Assembly: GCA_964472085.1 (NCBI GenBank)
Contig: CAYYIW010000014.1
Location: 21,734 to 85,733, forward strand
Direction: 5' to 3'
DNA length: 64,000 nt
Source: an uncultured Rikenellaceae bacterium
Lineage (GTDB): Bacteria > Bacteroidota > Bacteroidia > Bacteroidales > VadinHA17
The translations under genes and the position numbers were made by a program. The notes beneath the pieces were generated by a model. The model was not told where the DNA came from, searched no databases, and saw nothing but the letters and a program-made list of their open reading frames with translations. Positions 29,442 to 40,700 of this stretch are shown here, one piece after another (positions within the stretch are counted from its first letter, which is position 1; each line of letters begins with the position of its first letter).

Positions 29442-30482
29442 TCATTCGGCCTGCATCCAGCCCCTGGCTTTGAGCTCTATTTCAGTACCCCCTTCTCCAA
29501 TAAGAAAGTTTCCTGATTCCAAGGGTGTAATATGACCAATAACTTTTACCTGTTTCAATTTCTCGGTTTTGTCATACAAATCAAGAGGTACTGTGAAAAG
29601 TAACTCATAATCCTCACCTCCATTCAACGCCGGAACCAGGGGATCCATATTAAACTCTTCAGCTACCCTTGCAGTCTCATGATCCACAGGAATCTTATTG
29701 GAAAAGATCCTGCAACCGGTTCCTGAAAGCCTGCAGATATGCATAAGATCCGATGCGAGCCCGTCTGTCACATCCGCCATTGCAGTAGGAACAATTCCTT
29801 CCTGTCTCAGTTCATCAAGAACAGATACAGGGAACTCGGGCTTAAGCTGTCTTCCTATTATATATTCAAAACCTGACAGGTCGGGTTGAACATTCTTTTC
29901 CTGGCTGAAGAGCTTTCTCTCCCTTTCAAGTACCTGTAATCCCATGTATGAAGCTCCAAAGTTACCCGTGACACAGATCAGGTCATTAGGCCTGGCTCCG
30001 GTACGCATTACGAGACTATCCTTTTCAGCCGATCCTGCTGCGGAAAGACTTATTGTCAGGCCTGTAATTGAACTGGTAATGTCGCCTCCCGCAAGGTCCA
30101 CGTTGTATTTTTCACATGCAAGTTTTATACCGTCATAAAGCTCATCGGTATCTTCAACAGAGAACCTTGAGCTGATCCCCAGGCCCACAAGCAATTGTCC
30201 CGGTGTCCCATTCATGGCATATATATCAGAGATAGCCCTGATAACCGATTTGTATCCAAGGTGTTTTAAGGGATTGTAGACAAGATTGAAATGAATGCCC
30301 TCCAGCATAAGGTCTGTGGTAACAAGTGTCAGGGTGCTTCCATTGTTGATTACAGCCGCATCATCACCGATACCTGCGATAGTTGTCCTGTTGGTGTTTT
30401 TTATGCCGGCAGTCAGATGATCTATCAGTCCGAATTTACCGAAATCACCTATCGGCGTCTTACCATTATCCTCTTTCCCCAT
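29442..30482 (-). CDS. thiL: Thiamine-monophosphate kinase
   Basis: 346 aa with the IGDDAAV motif and an AIR-synthase-like two-domain pattern. Confidence 0.87.
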   Translation of the reverse strand: MGKEDNGKTPIGDFGKFGLIDHLTAGIKNTNRTTIAGIGDDAAVINNGSTLTLVTTDLMLEGIHFNLVYNPLKHLGYKSVIRAISDIYAMNGTPGQLLVGLGISSRFSVEDTDELYDGIKLACEKYNVDLAGGDITSSITGLTISLSAAGSAEKDSLVMRTGARPNDLICVTGNFGASYMGLQVLERERKLFSQEKNVQPDLSGFEYIIGRQLKPEFPVSVLDELRQEGIVPTAMADVTDGLASDLMHICRLSGTGCRIFSNKIPVDHETARVAEEFNMDPLVPALNGGEDYELLFTVPLDLYDKTEKLKQVKVIGHITPLESGNFLIGEGGTEIELKARGWMQAE

Positions 30483-30514
30483 AGTGTAATATTAGTTTTT
30501 CACTTGGCCCTTCG

Positions 30515-30889
30515 TCATTTCCTGATGATGTCCCGGCCAAAAGGTGATAACGCGATAGCTGTCAGTTTAAAATGCTGAAGCCCGAAAGGGATACCAATAA
30601 TTGTTAAACACAGAATAGATCCGAAGATTGCATGAGTAACAGCGATCCACAAACCTCCTGTAAGGAGCCATATTATGTTCATCAGGATATAAAGGCATCC
30701 GGAGGCCCTTTCGTGTACCCTGGTGTCGCGGCCAAATGGCCAGAGAGAAAGGGATGCCATTTTTAGGGTTTGAATACCAAAGGGTATTCCGACTATTGTT
30801 ATCATCAGGCACAGGCTTCCTACGAAGTATTCAACTGCAATAACAAGACCGCCAAAAATGAGCCATATGAGATTTCCTATCAGGTTCAT
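30515..30889 (-). CDS. yccF: YccF-family inner membrane protein (DUF307)
   Basis: 124 aa with two internal repeats, each containing GIPFG(I/L)Q..K. Confidence 0.85.
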   Translation of the reverse strand: MNLIGNLIWLIFGGLVIAVEYFVGSLCLMITIVGIPFGIQTLKMASLSLWPFGRDTRVHERASGCLYILMNIIWLLTGGLWIAVTHAIFGSILCLTIIGIPFGLQHFKLTAIALSPFGRDIIRK

Positions 30890-30904
30890 CAGGATGCTGT
30901 TGGA

Positions 30905-32518
30905 TTATTCCAGAATTACTTTCTTATCTTTTGGGTATTTTGCTGACCATGTCAGAATAATCTGTTTTGTTTCACCCGGAGCCATATCAAGGTTCCACCT
31001 GACTTCCCCGGTCTGTGAATTGAGTTTCCCTCCTGAAAGCTCAACTGGATCGATATTTATACTGCTGTTGGAGGAAACGGGTACCTGGTCGGCAACAGTA
31101 ATACTTATCCTGCTGTCCTTATTATTCCGTACTGTAATTAAGTATGATAATGTTACCGTCCTGTTCGACCCGATGGTGCGGGTGCTTGTAAAATCCTTCC
31201 TCTTTTCCCTTTTTACCAGTATGCTGTTGTCGGTACCCAGGGAAATGGTAAGAGTGTCTTTTAACTGATCTACATTCAGGGTTGATTTACCGACATATGA
31301 ATTTTCAAAATAGAGTGTTGCCTCTCCGTTCTGAAGACTGAGTCTTGACCAGTCGGGAATATTGGCAGTCAGGTATGCCTGTAATGATAATTTCGGGACA
31401 GTAAAATAACTATACTGCCCGGGAGCACTTATCCTCTGTATCTCCACCGTCTCTGTCTTGCCATCCGATGCTATTGAATAAGGCGCTGATACATCAAAGT
31501 TAATTGTAGTTTCACCAACTCGTTTGTGTACCGGAACAGGCAACGCCTCGGACAATGGCATTGCTTTGGATTTCTTAGCTGCAACTTCATTTACTGCAGG
31601 TGCTTTGATCGTTGAATAGCCACGGATCCTTATTTGAGAAGAAGATGAAGGAGGGGTATAAAAATCAACGAACCATGGGTTAAGTTCAGGGATATTACCT
31701 GAGCGCCATGGAGTAGCATTAGAGAAGCTTAGCTTCACATCTTTCCATGGGACACCTGTACTCTGGGATACATTTGCCCTGTATATTATTGAAACAGGAG
31801 TTTTTATATCCTTTACCCTGATATCATAGGAAGGATACCATCCGGCATTTGAAACGACATAACTTATTTCCAGTCTCCCGGCAGTTTGCCTGTCAGACTG
31901 GATTGTTACAGTTATTTCTCCGGAAGGAAGCTGTTGCTTTCCCATTTTATCGGATAACTGCTTCTGCAAAGCTGCTATCTGCTTTTCATAGTCTTTGATC
32001 AGTCTCTCTTTTTTGAGACTGGACATTGTAACCTGGTCCATATTGTTGGTATACATGTCCATCAGGCTTTTGAATTTCTCAAGGGTAAAACCGGTATCCT
32101 TTACCAGTACCGACTGGTTGGATCTCAGAAAATCAGCTTTTGACTTGAGGACACTGATGGCAGCTTTCTCATCTTCTGTTTTTAACTTCAGTGTCTCGAT
32201 CTGTTCCCTGATATTCTTAATTTCAGGAGTATCTTCAAGATTCTGAAGGTAATTGTTCTGATGCCTGACAGAAAGAATTGTGAAATTACCATATCCTTTT
32301 ACCTGGATGCTTTGCATATCTATATAAGGTGAAAGACCAGTCAACCTCCACGAAGATTTTCCGGATGTTACCGTAAGTGAGACTTCACGGTCTACCTGTG
32401 CCCTGTCAGGAAATACAGTGACATGTTTTATTTCAGTCCTGATATCCCTGCTTTCCTGGGCTGCCAGTGTAAGGGAGCACAGGAAGAACAATAAGATTAT
32501 GGAAGTACTTCTTATCAT
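30905..32518 (-). CDS. DUF4139/DUF4140-type secreted protein (MuiA-like conserved hypothetical)
   Basis: 537 aa with a signal peptide. The N-terminal VTVFPDRAQV segment, central coiled-coil and beta-rich C-terminus resemble this family as I recall it. Confidence 0.6.
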   Translation of the reverse strand: MIRSTSIILLFFLCSLTLAAQESRDIRTEIKHVTVFPDRAQVDREVSLTVTSGKSSWRLTGLSPYIDMQSIQVKGYGNFTILSVRHQNNYLQNLEDTPEIKNIREQIETLKLKTEDEKAAISVLKSKADFLRSNQSVLVKDTGFTLEKFKSLMDMYTNNMDQVTMSSLKKERLIKDYEKQIAALQKQLSDKMGKQQLPSGEITVTIQSDRQTAGRLEISYVVSNAGWYPSYDIRVKDIKTPVSIIYRANVSQSTGVPWKDVKLSFSNATPWRSGNIPELNPWFVDFYTPPSSSSQIRIRGYSTIKAPAVNEVAAKKSKAMPLSEALPVPVHKRVGETTINFDVSAPYSIASDGKTETVEIQRISAPGQYSYFTVPKLSLQAYLTANIPDWSRLSLQNGEATLYFENSYVGKSTLNVDQLKDTLTISLGTDNSILVKREKRKDFTSTRTIGSNRTVTLSYLITVRNNKDSRISITVADQVPVSSNSSINIDPVELSGGKLNSQTGEVRWNLDMAPGETKQIILTWSAKYPKDKKVILE

Positions 32519-32695
32519 ATCAGCAGATAAATTTATTTTAATTCTAAAGGTAGTGTTTTTTTAATAAACAGAGATATACCTTATTTTCCGTAGATATGTA
32601 AAAAAGCCCAGCCTTGAGACTGTCTTGAAAGTCCCCTTCAGGGGATTTAGGGGTGAGATTAAGAGAGATAGATTATTGTGACTACCCCGAATAGA

Positions 32696-34108
32696 TCAGT
32701 GTTTAATAAGATCGAGATAGCTTATGGACCCCTGCCGGTCGGCAGGTACATTTCCGAACGGGCAGCCTGGCACAGGACAATCTACAACCTTATGTTCTTT
32801 ATTATCTGCCGGTTCCCATCCCATAATCATGAAAAGAAAGACAAAGCCGAAAACATATGCCGGGGCAATGTGCCAGCCTTTCCTGAGCCAGAGAAAGACA
32901 TCCCTTCCTTCGGGAAATTTATTTGTTATAGCCACACCGGCCGATGAACCGAACCATACCATTGATCCACCGAAACCAACAGTATAGGCAAGCATTCCCC
33001 AGTCGAAATGACCCTGGTCGAGGCACAGCTTCGTTAGTGGAATATTGTCAAATACTGATGAAAGAAAACCAAGAGAGAAAGCGGTGAACCATGATGCTGT
33101 GGGTAGTTCTTCAACAGGCATTAGTGAAGCGCTGGTCACAAGACAAAGCAGGAATACAGTTCCCTTTATGGCTCCAGGAACTTCTTTCCAGGGCATCTTA
33201 ATAATAAACGATCCGATAAACAGTGCAATCCATACACCAAGGGCAGGCATGTCGTATACAATATTCATCACTATGGCTCCTACCAGTATCAGTCCGACCA
33301 CTCCGATCCTTGTCCAGTCGACCCTGGCTCCGCGTTTTGCATCCTTCTGTATACGATGGTATCTGTCCTGCTGGTGTGATCCGAACCATGCAAATATTAC
33401 AAAGGCGAAAGCGGAAGCAATAAAAGCATGCAGGACACTAAAGGCACTTACACCGTCGATCCACATCATCGTTGTGGTAGTATCACCCACGACACTGCCG
33501 GCACCTCCTGCATTACTGGCAGCCACCATGGCAGCTATATAGCCTATGTGTACCTTATGTTTGAAAACAACCAGGGCAATTGTTCCCCCTATGAGCGCAG
33601 CTGCTATATTATCGAGAAATATTGACATTATAAAGACAAATACAAGAAGCATTAGCGGACCTTTCCAATCGTTGGGAAGGTAATGGGGCAGGATATCAGG
33701 CACCCTGGATTCTTCGAATATTTTGGATAACAGTGCAAAACCCAGGAGAAGACCCAATAGATTAAGCAAAATTCCCCACTCTCCCTGGCGCATTTCCTTG
33801 TTTGTCAACTGCTCAAAGAAAGAGTTCGTACCGAAAAAATGTTCCACGAAATGAAAGCCCGGATCAAAAATGAACTTATATATAAGGAGAACAGTAACTC
33901 CTGTTAATGCAACCCAGAACGTCTTGTGATGAAATATTGCCACTCCCAGCAATATCATTCCGAAGAAGATGAATTCAATCCTTACAGGTCCTATTGATGG
34001 TGGGTTGCCTGTTGTGGCAAATATAAAAAGAGGAGAGATAAGGATAATAAATAGAAGGATGGTCTTCTGTGACAATCCGGCTGCAGATGGTATAATTTTT
34101 TTTATCAT
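32696..34108 (-). CDS. Ion-transporter-superfamily permease, NhaD/ArsB-like (paralog 1)
   Basis: 470 aa and polytopic. The motif SNAGGAGSVVGDTTTTMMWIDGV resembles NhaD-type antiporters. The family assignment is from memory. Confidence 0.6.
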   Translation of the reverse strand: MIKKIIPSAAGLSQKTILLFIILISPLFIFATTGNPPSIGPVRIEFIFFGMILLGVAIFHHKTFWVALTGVTVLLIYKFIFDPGFHFVEHFFGTNSFFEQLTNKEMRQGEWGILLNLLGLLLGFALLSKIFEESRVPDILPHYLPNDWKGPLMLLVFVFIMSIFLDNIAAALIGGTIALVVFKHKVHIGYIAAMVAASNAGGAGSVVGDTTTTMMWIDGVSAFSVLHAFIASAFAFVIFAWFGSHQQDRYHRIQKDAKRGARVDWTRIGVVGLILVGAIVMNIVYDMPALGVWIALFIGSFIIKMPWKEVPGAIKGTVFLLCLVTSASLMPVEELPTASWFTAFSLGFLSSVFDNIPLTKLCLDQGHFDWGMLAYTVGFGGSMVWFGSSAGVAITNKFPEGRDVFLWLRKGWHIAPAYVFGFVFLFMIMGWEPADNKEHKVVDCPVPGCPFGNVPADRQGSISYLDLIKH

Positions 34109-34149
34109 TGATAAATTATTCAGGTTAGTTAGATCGGGGCCAAAAATAA

Positions 34150-35607
34150 TTAAATATTTGATCTGGGGATATGATAATTATCCGTCATTTTTTTTGTTAA
34201 AACGTCCAGGCTTACTGATCCGGAAGGCTTCTCTTTCTCTTTCCTGGTCTCCCGGATGTTTTCCGGTACCGGTTTTTTAACACCTTTATCTTCCTTGTCG
34301 TCAACAGGATTCCATCCCATAACCAGGTACAGGGTTAAAAAACCCACCACATATGCGACAGCTACATGCCAGCCTTTTTTAACCCATTGTATCACATCAC
34401 GGCTTTCAGGAAACTTGTTTGTCATGGCAACTCCTGTTGATGAACCGAACCAGATAATGGATCCTCCGAATCCGACACTGAAGGCAAGCATGCCCCAGTC
34501 AAAATGTCCCTCTTCCAGACAAAGACGGGTAAGTGGAATATTATCGAAAACTGAAGAAAGGAGTCCAAGGAAAAATGCAGTCATCACCGAAGCATCAGGT
34601 AAATCATTCACCGGCATCATGGAAGCACTTGCAACAAGGCAAAGAAGAAAGATGGTTCCTTTAATGGCCCCGGGTACTTCTTTCCATGGGACAGGCCTTA
34701 GTGCTCCACCCAGCAGAATTGCTATCCATACCCCAAGAGCCGGCATATCATATAAAATATTGGATATTATTGCTCCCGCCAGGATCATCGCTACAATAAA
34801 GATCCTGACCCAGTCTATTCTTACGGTTGGATCAGCATCCTTCTGGATCCTCTGGTACCTGTCCTGCTGATGAGATGCAAACCAGGCAAAGAAGAGCAAT
34901 GCGACAATAGCAGCTATAAACCCGTGTATTACATTCAGTGCTGAGACACCGTCAATCCACATCATGGTTGTTGTTGTGTCGCCAACAACACTTCCGCTGC
35001 CACCAGCATTGCTGGCTGCCACGAGCGCAGCAATATAACCCATATGAACCCTGTTCCTGAAAACCACCAGGGCTATGGTCCCGCCTATAAGAGCCGCAGC
35101 AATATTATCAAGAAAGGAAGATAAGATAAATACAAATATCAAAAGCACAAACGGACCTTTCCAGTCGTCAGGCAGGTAATTTGGAAGAATATCCGGAACC
35201 CTCGACTGCTCAAATATCTTCGAAAGAATGGAAAAACCAAGCAGAAGTCCCAGCAGATTGACAAGTATCTCCCATTCTCCTTCTCTCAGGTTCCTGTGAA
35301 GAAGCTGTTCCAGGAATGGAGTCCTGCCAAACAGGTGATGCATGATATCGAATGAAGGATCGAATATGAGTTTGAAGACCAGGAGAACAGAAAGTCCAAT
35401 AAGTGCCGCCTTGAAGGTATGTTTGTGAAACAGGGCAATACTTATCAGTACGAGGCTGAATATAATGAATTCAAACCTTATGGGGCCGATTGAAGGGACC
35501 TGGCCGGTGGCTGCGAAAAGACCTGAGGGTGATAATAATATTAGTGATAGTACCAGTAATTTCTTGCCGTAACTCCTGATGAGCGACGAAACGCAGTATT
35601 TCATCAA
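34150..35607 (-). CDS. Ion-transporter-superfamily permease, NhaD/ArsB-like (paralog 2)
   Basis: 485 aa, colinear with the downstream paralog and roughly two-thirds identical by eye. It shares the GDTTTTMMWIDGV motif. Confidence 0.6.
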   Translation of the reverse strand: MMKYCVSSLIRSYGKKLLVLSLILLSPSGLFAATGQVPSIGPIRFEFIIFSLVLISIALFHKHTFKAALIGLSVLLVFKLIFDPSFDIMHHLFGRTPFLEQLLHRNLREGEWEILVNLLGLLLGFSILSKIFEQSRVPDILPNYLPDDWKGPFVLLIFVFILSSFLDNIAAALIGGTIALVVFRNRVHMGYIAALVAASNAGGSGSVVGDTTTTMMWIDGVSALNVIHGFIAAIVALLFFAWFASHQQDRYQRIQKDADPTVRIDWVRIFIVAMILAGAIISNILYDMPALGVWIAILLGGALRPVPWKEVPGAIKGTIFLLCLVASASMMPVNDLPDASVMTAFFLGLLSSVFDNIPLTRLCLEEGHFDWGMLAFSVGFGGSIIWFGSSTGVAMTNKFPESRDVIQWVKKGWHVAVAYVVGFLTLYLVMGWNPVDDKEDKGVKKPVPENIRETRKEKEKPSGSVSLDVLTKKMTDNYHIPRSNI

Positions 35608-35826
35608 ACTATTTTTTGAAGTATTCCAGAATATAAAGGAATAAATAATATACTAAATATATATTTTTTTTGACTGGGAATCATTATACAATTACGGGCC
35701 TTTAAAAATTTTGTTTATCATATTGTATTCAATTTTCATTGTTGTATCTATCTCAAATCCTTAAATTTTCTTAATTTTGCATTCTTATTTAGATTAAATA
35801 TAATTAACAAAATAACAATTACTACT

Positions 35827-35834
35827 TAGGTTTG
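35827..35834 (+). promoter_or_regulatory. Candidate -7 box (TAGGTTTG) for the suf operon
   Basis: Matches TAnnTTTG and lies 34 nt upstream of the sufB ATG. Motif match only. Confidence 0.3.
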
Positions 35835-35867
35835 TTTAAACTGGTGTAACCGCAGGTGTAAGAAGAA

Positions 35868-37316
35868 ATGGAAAAAGATCAGGATAAAATATTAAGTGAT
35901 GTAACCTCAGGTGAATATAAGTACGGATTTTATTCCGACATTGAGATGGACCGTATTCCAAAGGGTCTGAGTGAAGAGGTTATAAGGGTGATTTCCGCAA
36001 AAAAGAATGAACCTGACTGGCTTCTTGAATTCCGTCTTAAATCTTACAGGCACTGGCTTACAAAGAAGATGCCTTCATGGGCAAATCTTAAGATACCTCC
36101 TATAAGATATCAGGACATAATATATTATGCGGCTCCAAAACAGAGAAAGGCTCTCGACAGCCTTGATGATATTGATCCGGAACTTAAGAAGACCTTTGAC
36201 AAGCTTGGCATTCCCCTGGAAGAGCAGAAGCATCTTGCAGGAGTAGCCGTTGATGCTGTCATGGACAGTGTGTCTGTTAAGACCACCTTCAGGGAGACGC
36301 TGGCAGAACTGGGTATTATTTTCTGTTCCTTCAGCGAAGCTGTCAGGGAATACCCTGAACTTGTTAAGAGATATATGGGAACGGTGGTTCCTTATACCGA
36401 TAACTATTTTGCATCGTTAAATTCAGCTGTTTTCAGCGACGGGTCATTCTGCTATATCCCCAAGGGTGTGAGGTGCCCCATGGAACTCTCGACGTATTTC
36501 CGGATCAATTCCGCAAATACAGGTCAGTTTGAAAGGACACTCCTTATAGCAGATGAGGAGGCTTATGTGAGCTATCTTGAGGGATGTACGGCTCCTATGC
36601 GTGACGAGAATCAACTTCATGCGGCCATTGTGGAAATAGTTGCAGAAAAAAATGCAGAGGTCAAATATTCAACAGTACAGAACTGGTACCCGGGGGATAA
36701 GGACGGTAATGGCGGAGTCTTTAACTTTGTTACCAAAAGGGGATTATGTAAGGGAGAGAATTCGAAGATATCATGGACACAGATCGAAACCGGTTCCGCG
36801 ATAACATGGAAATACCCGTCGTGTATCCTCAGGGGTGATAATTCCACCGGCGAATTCTATTCGGTAGCCGTGACAAACAATTATCAACAGGCTGATACCG
36901 GAACCAAGATGATGCATATAGGGAAAAATACAAAAAGCACTATTGTATCCAAAGGTATTTCAGCAGGCAGAAGCCAGAACAGCTACCGTGGGCTGGTTAA
37001 GGTTTTAAAAAATGCAAGCAATGCCAGGAATTATTCACAATGTGACTCCCTGCTGATGGGGGACAGATGCGGAGCACATACCTTCCCTTATCTTGAGGTT
37101 GATAACCAGACCGCAGTGGTCGAACATGAAGCAACAACCTCCAGGATAGGAGAAGACCAGATATTCTATTGTAACCAACGTGGTATATCAACTGAGGATG
37201 CAATAGGTCTTATAGTAAACGGTTATGCACGTGAAGTGCTGAATAAACTGCCAATGGAGTTTGCTGTTGAAGCGCAGAAGCTGCTTCAGATCAGCCTTGA
37301 AGGCAGTGTAGGTTAA
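35868..37316 (+). CDS. sufB: Fe-S cluster assembly protein SufB
   Basis: 482 aa, with [16 protein letters not shown] near the C-terminus. First gene of the sufBCDS order. Confidence 0.96.
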   Translation: MEKDQDKILSDVTSGEYKYGFYSDIEMDRIPKGLSEEVIRVISAKKNEPDWLLEFRLKSYRHWLTKKMPSWANLKIPPIRYQDIIYYAAPKQRKALDSLDDIDPELKKTFDKLGIPLEEQKHLAGVAVDAVMDSVSVKTTFRETLAELGIIFCSFSEAVREYPELVKRYMGTVVPYTDNYFASLNSAVFSDGSFCYIPKGVRCPMELSTYFRINSANTGQFERTLLIADEEAYVSYLEGCTAPMRDENQLHAAIVEIVAEKNAEVKYSTVQNWYPGDKDGNGGVFNFVTKRGLCKGENSKISWTQIETGSAITWKYPSCILRGDNSTGEFYSVAVTNNYQQADTGTKMMHIGKNTKSTIVSKGISAGRSQNSYRGLVKVLKNASNARNYSQCDSLLMGDRCGAHTFPYLEVDNQTAVVEHEATTSRIGEDQIFYCNQRGISTEDAIGLIVNGYAREVLNKLPMEFAVEAQKLLQISLEGSVG

Positions 37317-37338
37317 ATATTATATTAAATTACATTAT

Positions 37339-38103
37339 ATGCTTGTTATAGATAACTTAAAAGCAGCTATTGACGGCAAGAATATCCTGAAAGGAATAAG
37401 CCTTGAAATAAAACCGGGAGAGGTGCATGCCCTGATGGGACCAAACGGATCGGGGAAAAGTACCCTTGCTGCTGTACTAGCCGGCCGCGAGTTTGTTGAA
37501 GTAACGGAAGGCTCTGTAACATATAAAGGCAGGGACCTTTTATCGATGGCAGCTGAGGACAGGTCAAAGGAAGGAATATTCCTTGGGTTTCAGTATCCCA
37601 TTGAAATTCCGGGAGTGAGTATGGTTAATTTTATGAAAACCGCTGTTAATGAGCACCGTAAGCACGATGGTCTTGAGCCGTTATCAGCATCCGATTTCCT
37701 GAAGCTGATGAGGGATAAGAAAGAGCTTGTGGAGATCGATTCCAAGCTGGCAAACAGATCCGTCAATGAAGGATTCTCCGGGGGAGAAAAAAAGAAGAAC
37801 GAGATATTCCAGATGGCCATACTGGAACCAACACTGGCAATTCTGGATGAAACGGATTCGGGGCTTGACATAGATGCCCTGCGTATTGTGGCAAATGGAG
37901 TCAACAAGCTGAAGAAGCCAGATAACTCTTTCATTGTTATTACTCATTACCAGAGATTACTGGAATATATTATACCGGATGTCGTACATGTTATGTACGA
38001 CGGCAGAATAGTTAAGACAGCAGGTAAGGAACTGGCCCTTGAACTTGAGGAAAAGGGATACGACTGGATAAAGAAAGAGGTTGAAAACAGTATTGTGGCA
38101 TGA
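37339..38103 (+). CDS. sufC: Fe-S cluster assembly ATPase SufC
   Basis: 254 aa with GPNGSGKST, FSGGEKKKNE and ILDETDSGLD. Confidence 0.96.
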   Translation: MLVIDNLKAAIDGKNILKGISLEIKPGEVHALMGPNGSGKSTLAAVLAGREFVEVTEGSVTYKGRDLLSMAAEDRSKEGIFLGFQYPIEIPGVSMVNFMKTAVNEHRKHDGLEPLSASDFLKLMRDKKELVEIDSKLANRSVNEGFSGGEKKKNEIFQMAILEPTLAILDETDSGLDIDALRIVANGVNKLKKPDNSFIVITHYQRLLEYIIPDVVHVMYDGRIVKTAGKELALELEEKGYDWIKKEVENSIVA

Positions 38104-39458
38104 GTGTAAGTACTGAAATAGCCGACAGATACCTGTCGATCTATACAGAGAATATTGAAAAGATCTCAGGCAATTCCTCTGCTTATATCAATTCTTTCAG
38201 GAAAGAAGCATTTGAGAAATTCAGGGAGCTTGGTGTACCCACCAGGAAGGATGAAGCTTATAAATATACCAACCTGAATATTTTTTTCGATCATGATTAT
38301 AAGAATTATTTCATTCCTGTAACCTCAGATTTTGTCAGGGCGGAGGAATTCAGATGTGATGTGGCAGACCTCGATACACATGGTATTGTTCTTCTGAATG
38401 GATTTTACCCGACCATAAACGGTAAGCTGAGGCAGCTGCCCGGTGGCATAGTGGTCGGTAGCCTGAATGAAGCGGCAGCTAAATATCCCGATCTTGTCAG
38501 GGAACATTACGGTAAATATGCCGATAGTAAGACCGACGGACTTATTCACCTGAATACAGCTTTGGCACCAGATGGTATGTTCATTTATATTCCGGCAGGA
38601 GCGGTCCTTTCAAAACCTGTACAGATCGTTAACCTGGTTTATTCTGAAGAGGATATCTTCAACCAGCACAGAAACCTGATCATTGTTGAAAAAAATGCAG
38701 AGGCCTCAGTCCTGGTTTGCGATCATACCCTCTCTCCAAATAAGTTTCTGACAAATGCAGTTACAGAAGTGTATGTTGGCGAGAACTCTCATTTTGACCT
38801 GATCAGGGTACAGAATGAACATAATAATGCAGGAAAGATAACACATACATTTATCCATCAGGAAAAGAACAGTGTTGCTTCATCCAATAACATGACCCTT
38901 CATGGCGGACTGGTCAGGAACAGTACATACCATTACCTTGGAGGCCAGGGAGCTGACACAATGTCGTACGGGCTTTTCCTCACAGATAAATGGCAACATG
39001 TCGATAATTATGTAAATGTCGATCATGCTTTCCCGAACTGCACCAGCAACCAGCTTTTCAAAGGTGTTCTTGATGATATGTCGACAGGATCATTTAACGG
39101 TCGTATCCTTGTAAGGCAGGATGCACAGGGAACAATGGCTTACCAGAGAAATAATAATATCCTTCTTACTGATGATGCAAAAATGGACAGCAAACCACAG
39201 CTGGAGATCTTTGCGAATGATGTAAAATGCAGTCACGGAGCAACTGTTGGGCAGCTTGATGAAGATGCACTTTTCTATTTGCGGTCCAGGGGCATTGAGA
39301 CACACGAGGCGCGCCTCATGCTTATGTTCGGCTTCGCCCATGAGGTGATCCAGAATATAAAAATTGATGCCTTGCGCGAACGGCTCGATGGCCTTGTTAT
39401 TCAACGGCTGAGGGGAGAATTGTCAAGATGTGCCAGCTGCGTTGTGAAATGCGGATAA
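38100..39458 (+). CDS. sufD: Fe-S cluster assembly protein SufD
   Basis: 452 aa and SufB-like at the C-terminus (EDALFYLRSRGI). Its ATG overlaps the sufC stop. Confidence 0.92.
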   Translation: MSVSTEIADRYLSIYTENIEKISGNSSAYINSFRKEAFEKFRELGVPTRKDEAYKYTNLNIFFDHDYKNYFIPVTSDFVRAEEFRCDVADLDTHGIVLLNGFYPTINGKLRQLPGGIVVGSLNEAAAKYPDLVREHYGKYADSKTDGLIHLNTALAPDGMFIYIPAGAVLSKPVQIVNLVYSEEDIFNQHRNLIIVEKNAEASVLVCDHTLSPNKFLTNAVTEVYVGENSHFDLIRVQNEHNNAGKITHTFIHQEKNSVASSNNMTLHGGLVRNSTYHYLGGQGADTMSYGLFLTDKWQHVDNYVNVDHAFPNCTSNQLFKGVLDDMSTGSFNGRILVRQDAQGTMAYQRNNNILLTDDAKMDSKPQLEIFANDVKCSHGATVGQLDEDALFYLRSRGIETHEARLMLMFGFAHEVIQNIKIDALRERLDGLVIQRLRGELSRCASCVVKCG

Positions 39459-40690
39459 ACATTGAAGGGAAAGTGAAAAATATAGATGAGATAAGATCAG
39501 ATTTCCCGATACTGGGCAGGGAGGTTTACGGTAAACCGCTTGTTTATTTTGATAACGGCGCTACGACACAGAAACCCAAAAGTGTTATTGATGCAGTAGC
39601 CGGGGTATATACGTCGTATAATGCCAATATTCACCGTGGGGTTCATTTCCTGAGCGATCTTGCCTCCGAAGCATATGAGAATTCAAGGGAAAAGGTAAGA
39701 TCATTCATTAATGCCGGCAGGACAGAGGAGATAATCTATACTTCAGGAACAACAGGTTCAATAAATGGAATTGCCTTTTCATTCGGGGAACGTTATATAA
39801 GCAAGGGTGATGAGATAATTGTCAGCCATCTCGAGCATCATGCTAATATTGTGCCCTGGCAAATGATGTGTGAACGTAAGGGGGCGTTACTTAAAGTCAT
39901 TCCTGTAAATGAAGACGGAGATCTGCTGCTGGATGAGTATCTTAAGATGTTATCTCCCAGGACCCGTCTTGTTTCTGTTGCACAGGCTTCCAATACACTG
40001 GGGACAATTCTTCCGGTTGATGAAATAATATCAGCTGCCCATTCAATGGATATACCGGTGCTGATAGATGGTGCACAGGGTATTCAACATGGTGTTGTAG
40101 ATGTAGCGGCTATGGATTGCGATTTTTATGTCTTTTCCGGACATAAGATATATGGCCCTGCTGGAATAGGAGTACTTTACGGAAAAGAAAAATGGCTTAC
40201 AGAACTTCCTCCTTTCCAGGGAGGGGGTGATATGGTGGACCAGGTGACCTTTGAAAAGACCACCTATAATGAGTTGCCATTTAAATTCGAGGCAGGGACT
40301 ACCAATTACCCTGCTGCTGTAGGACTGGCAGCAGCCCTTGATTATGTGCTGGAAGCCGGCAGGGAGGATATTTTGCAGCGTGAGGACCTGCTTCTTGATT
40401 ATGCAACTGCTAAACTATCTGGAATAAAGGGCCTTAAAATCTATGGTAATTCGAAAAACAAAATACCTACAATATCTTTTTTGCTCAAAGGCATTCACCA
40501 GTATGATACAGGCATGGTACTTGACAAAATGGGTATTGCAGTAAGAACTGGAACACATTGTGCCCAGCCGGTAATGGACAGGTATGGAATTAAAGGTACA
40601 GTGAGGGCTTCAATGTGTTTTTACAATACCAATGAAGAAATAGATGTCATGGCCGATGGATTGACCAGGATTAAAAAAATGTTTGAATAA
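39449..40690 (+). CDS. sufS: Cysteine desulfurase SufS
   Basis: Has the PLP-lysine motif SGHKIYGP and the active-site motif RTGTHCAQP. The ATG at 39449 (MRINIEG) is preferred over the track start at 39428. Confidence 0.93.
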   Translation: MRINIEGKVKNIDEIRSDFPILGREVYGKPLVYFDNGATTQKPKSVIDAVAGVYTSYNANIHRGVHFLSDLASEAYENSREKVRSFINAGRTEEIIYTSGTTGSINGIAFSFGERYISKGDEIIVSHLEHHANIVPWQMMCERKGALLKVIPVNEDGDLLLDEYLKMLSPRTRLVSVAQASNTLGTILPVDEIISAAHSMDIPVLIDGAQGIQHGVVDVAAMDCDFYVFSGHKIYGPAGIGVLYGKEKWLTELPPFQGGGDMVDQVTFEKTTYNELPFKFEAGTTNYPAAVGLAAALDYVLEAGREDILQREDLLLDYATAKLSGIKGLKIYGNSKNKIPTISFLLKGIHQYDTGMVLDKMGIAVRTGTHCAQPVMDRYGIKGTVRASMCFYNTNEEIDVMADGLTRIKKMFE

Positions 40691-40700
40691 CTGAGTTTTA

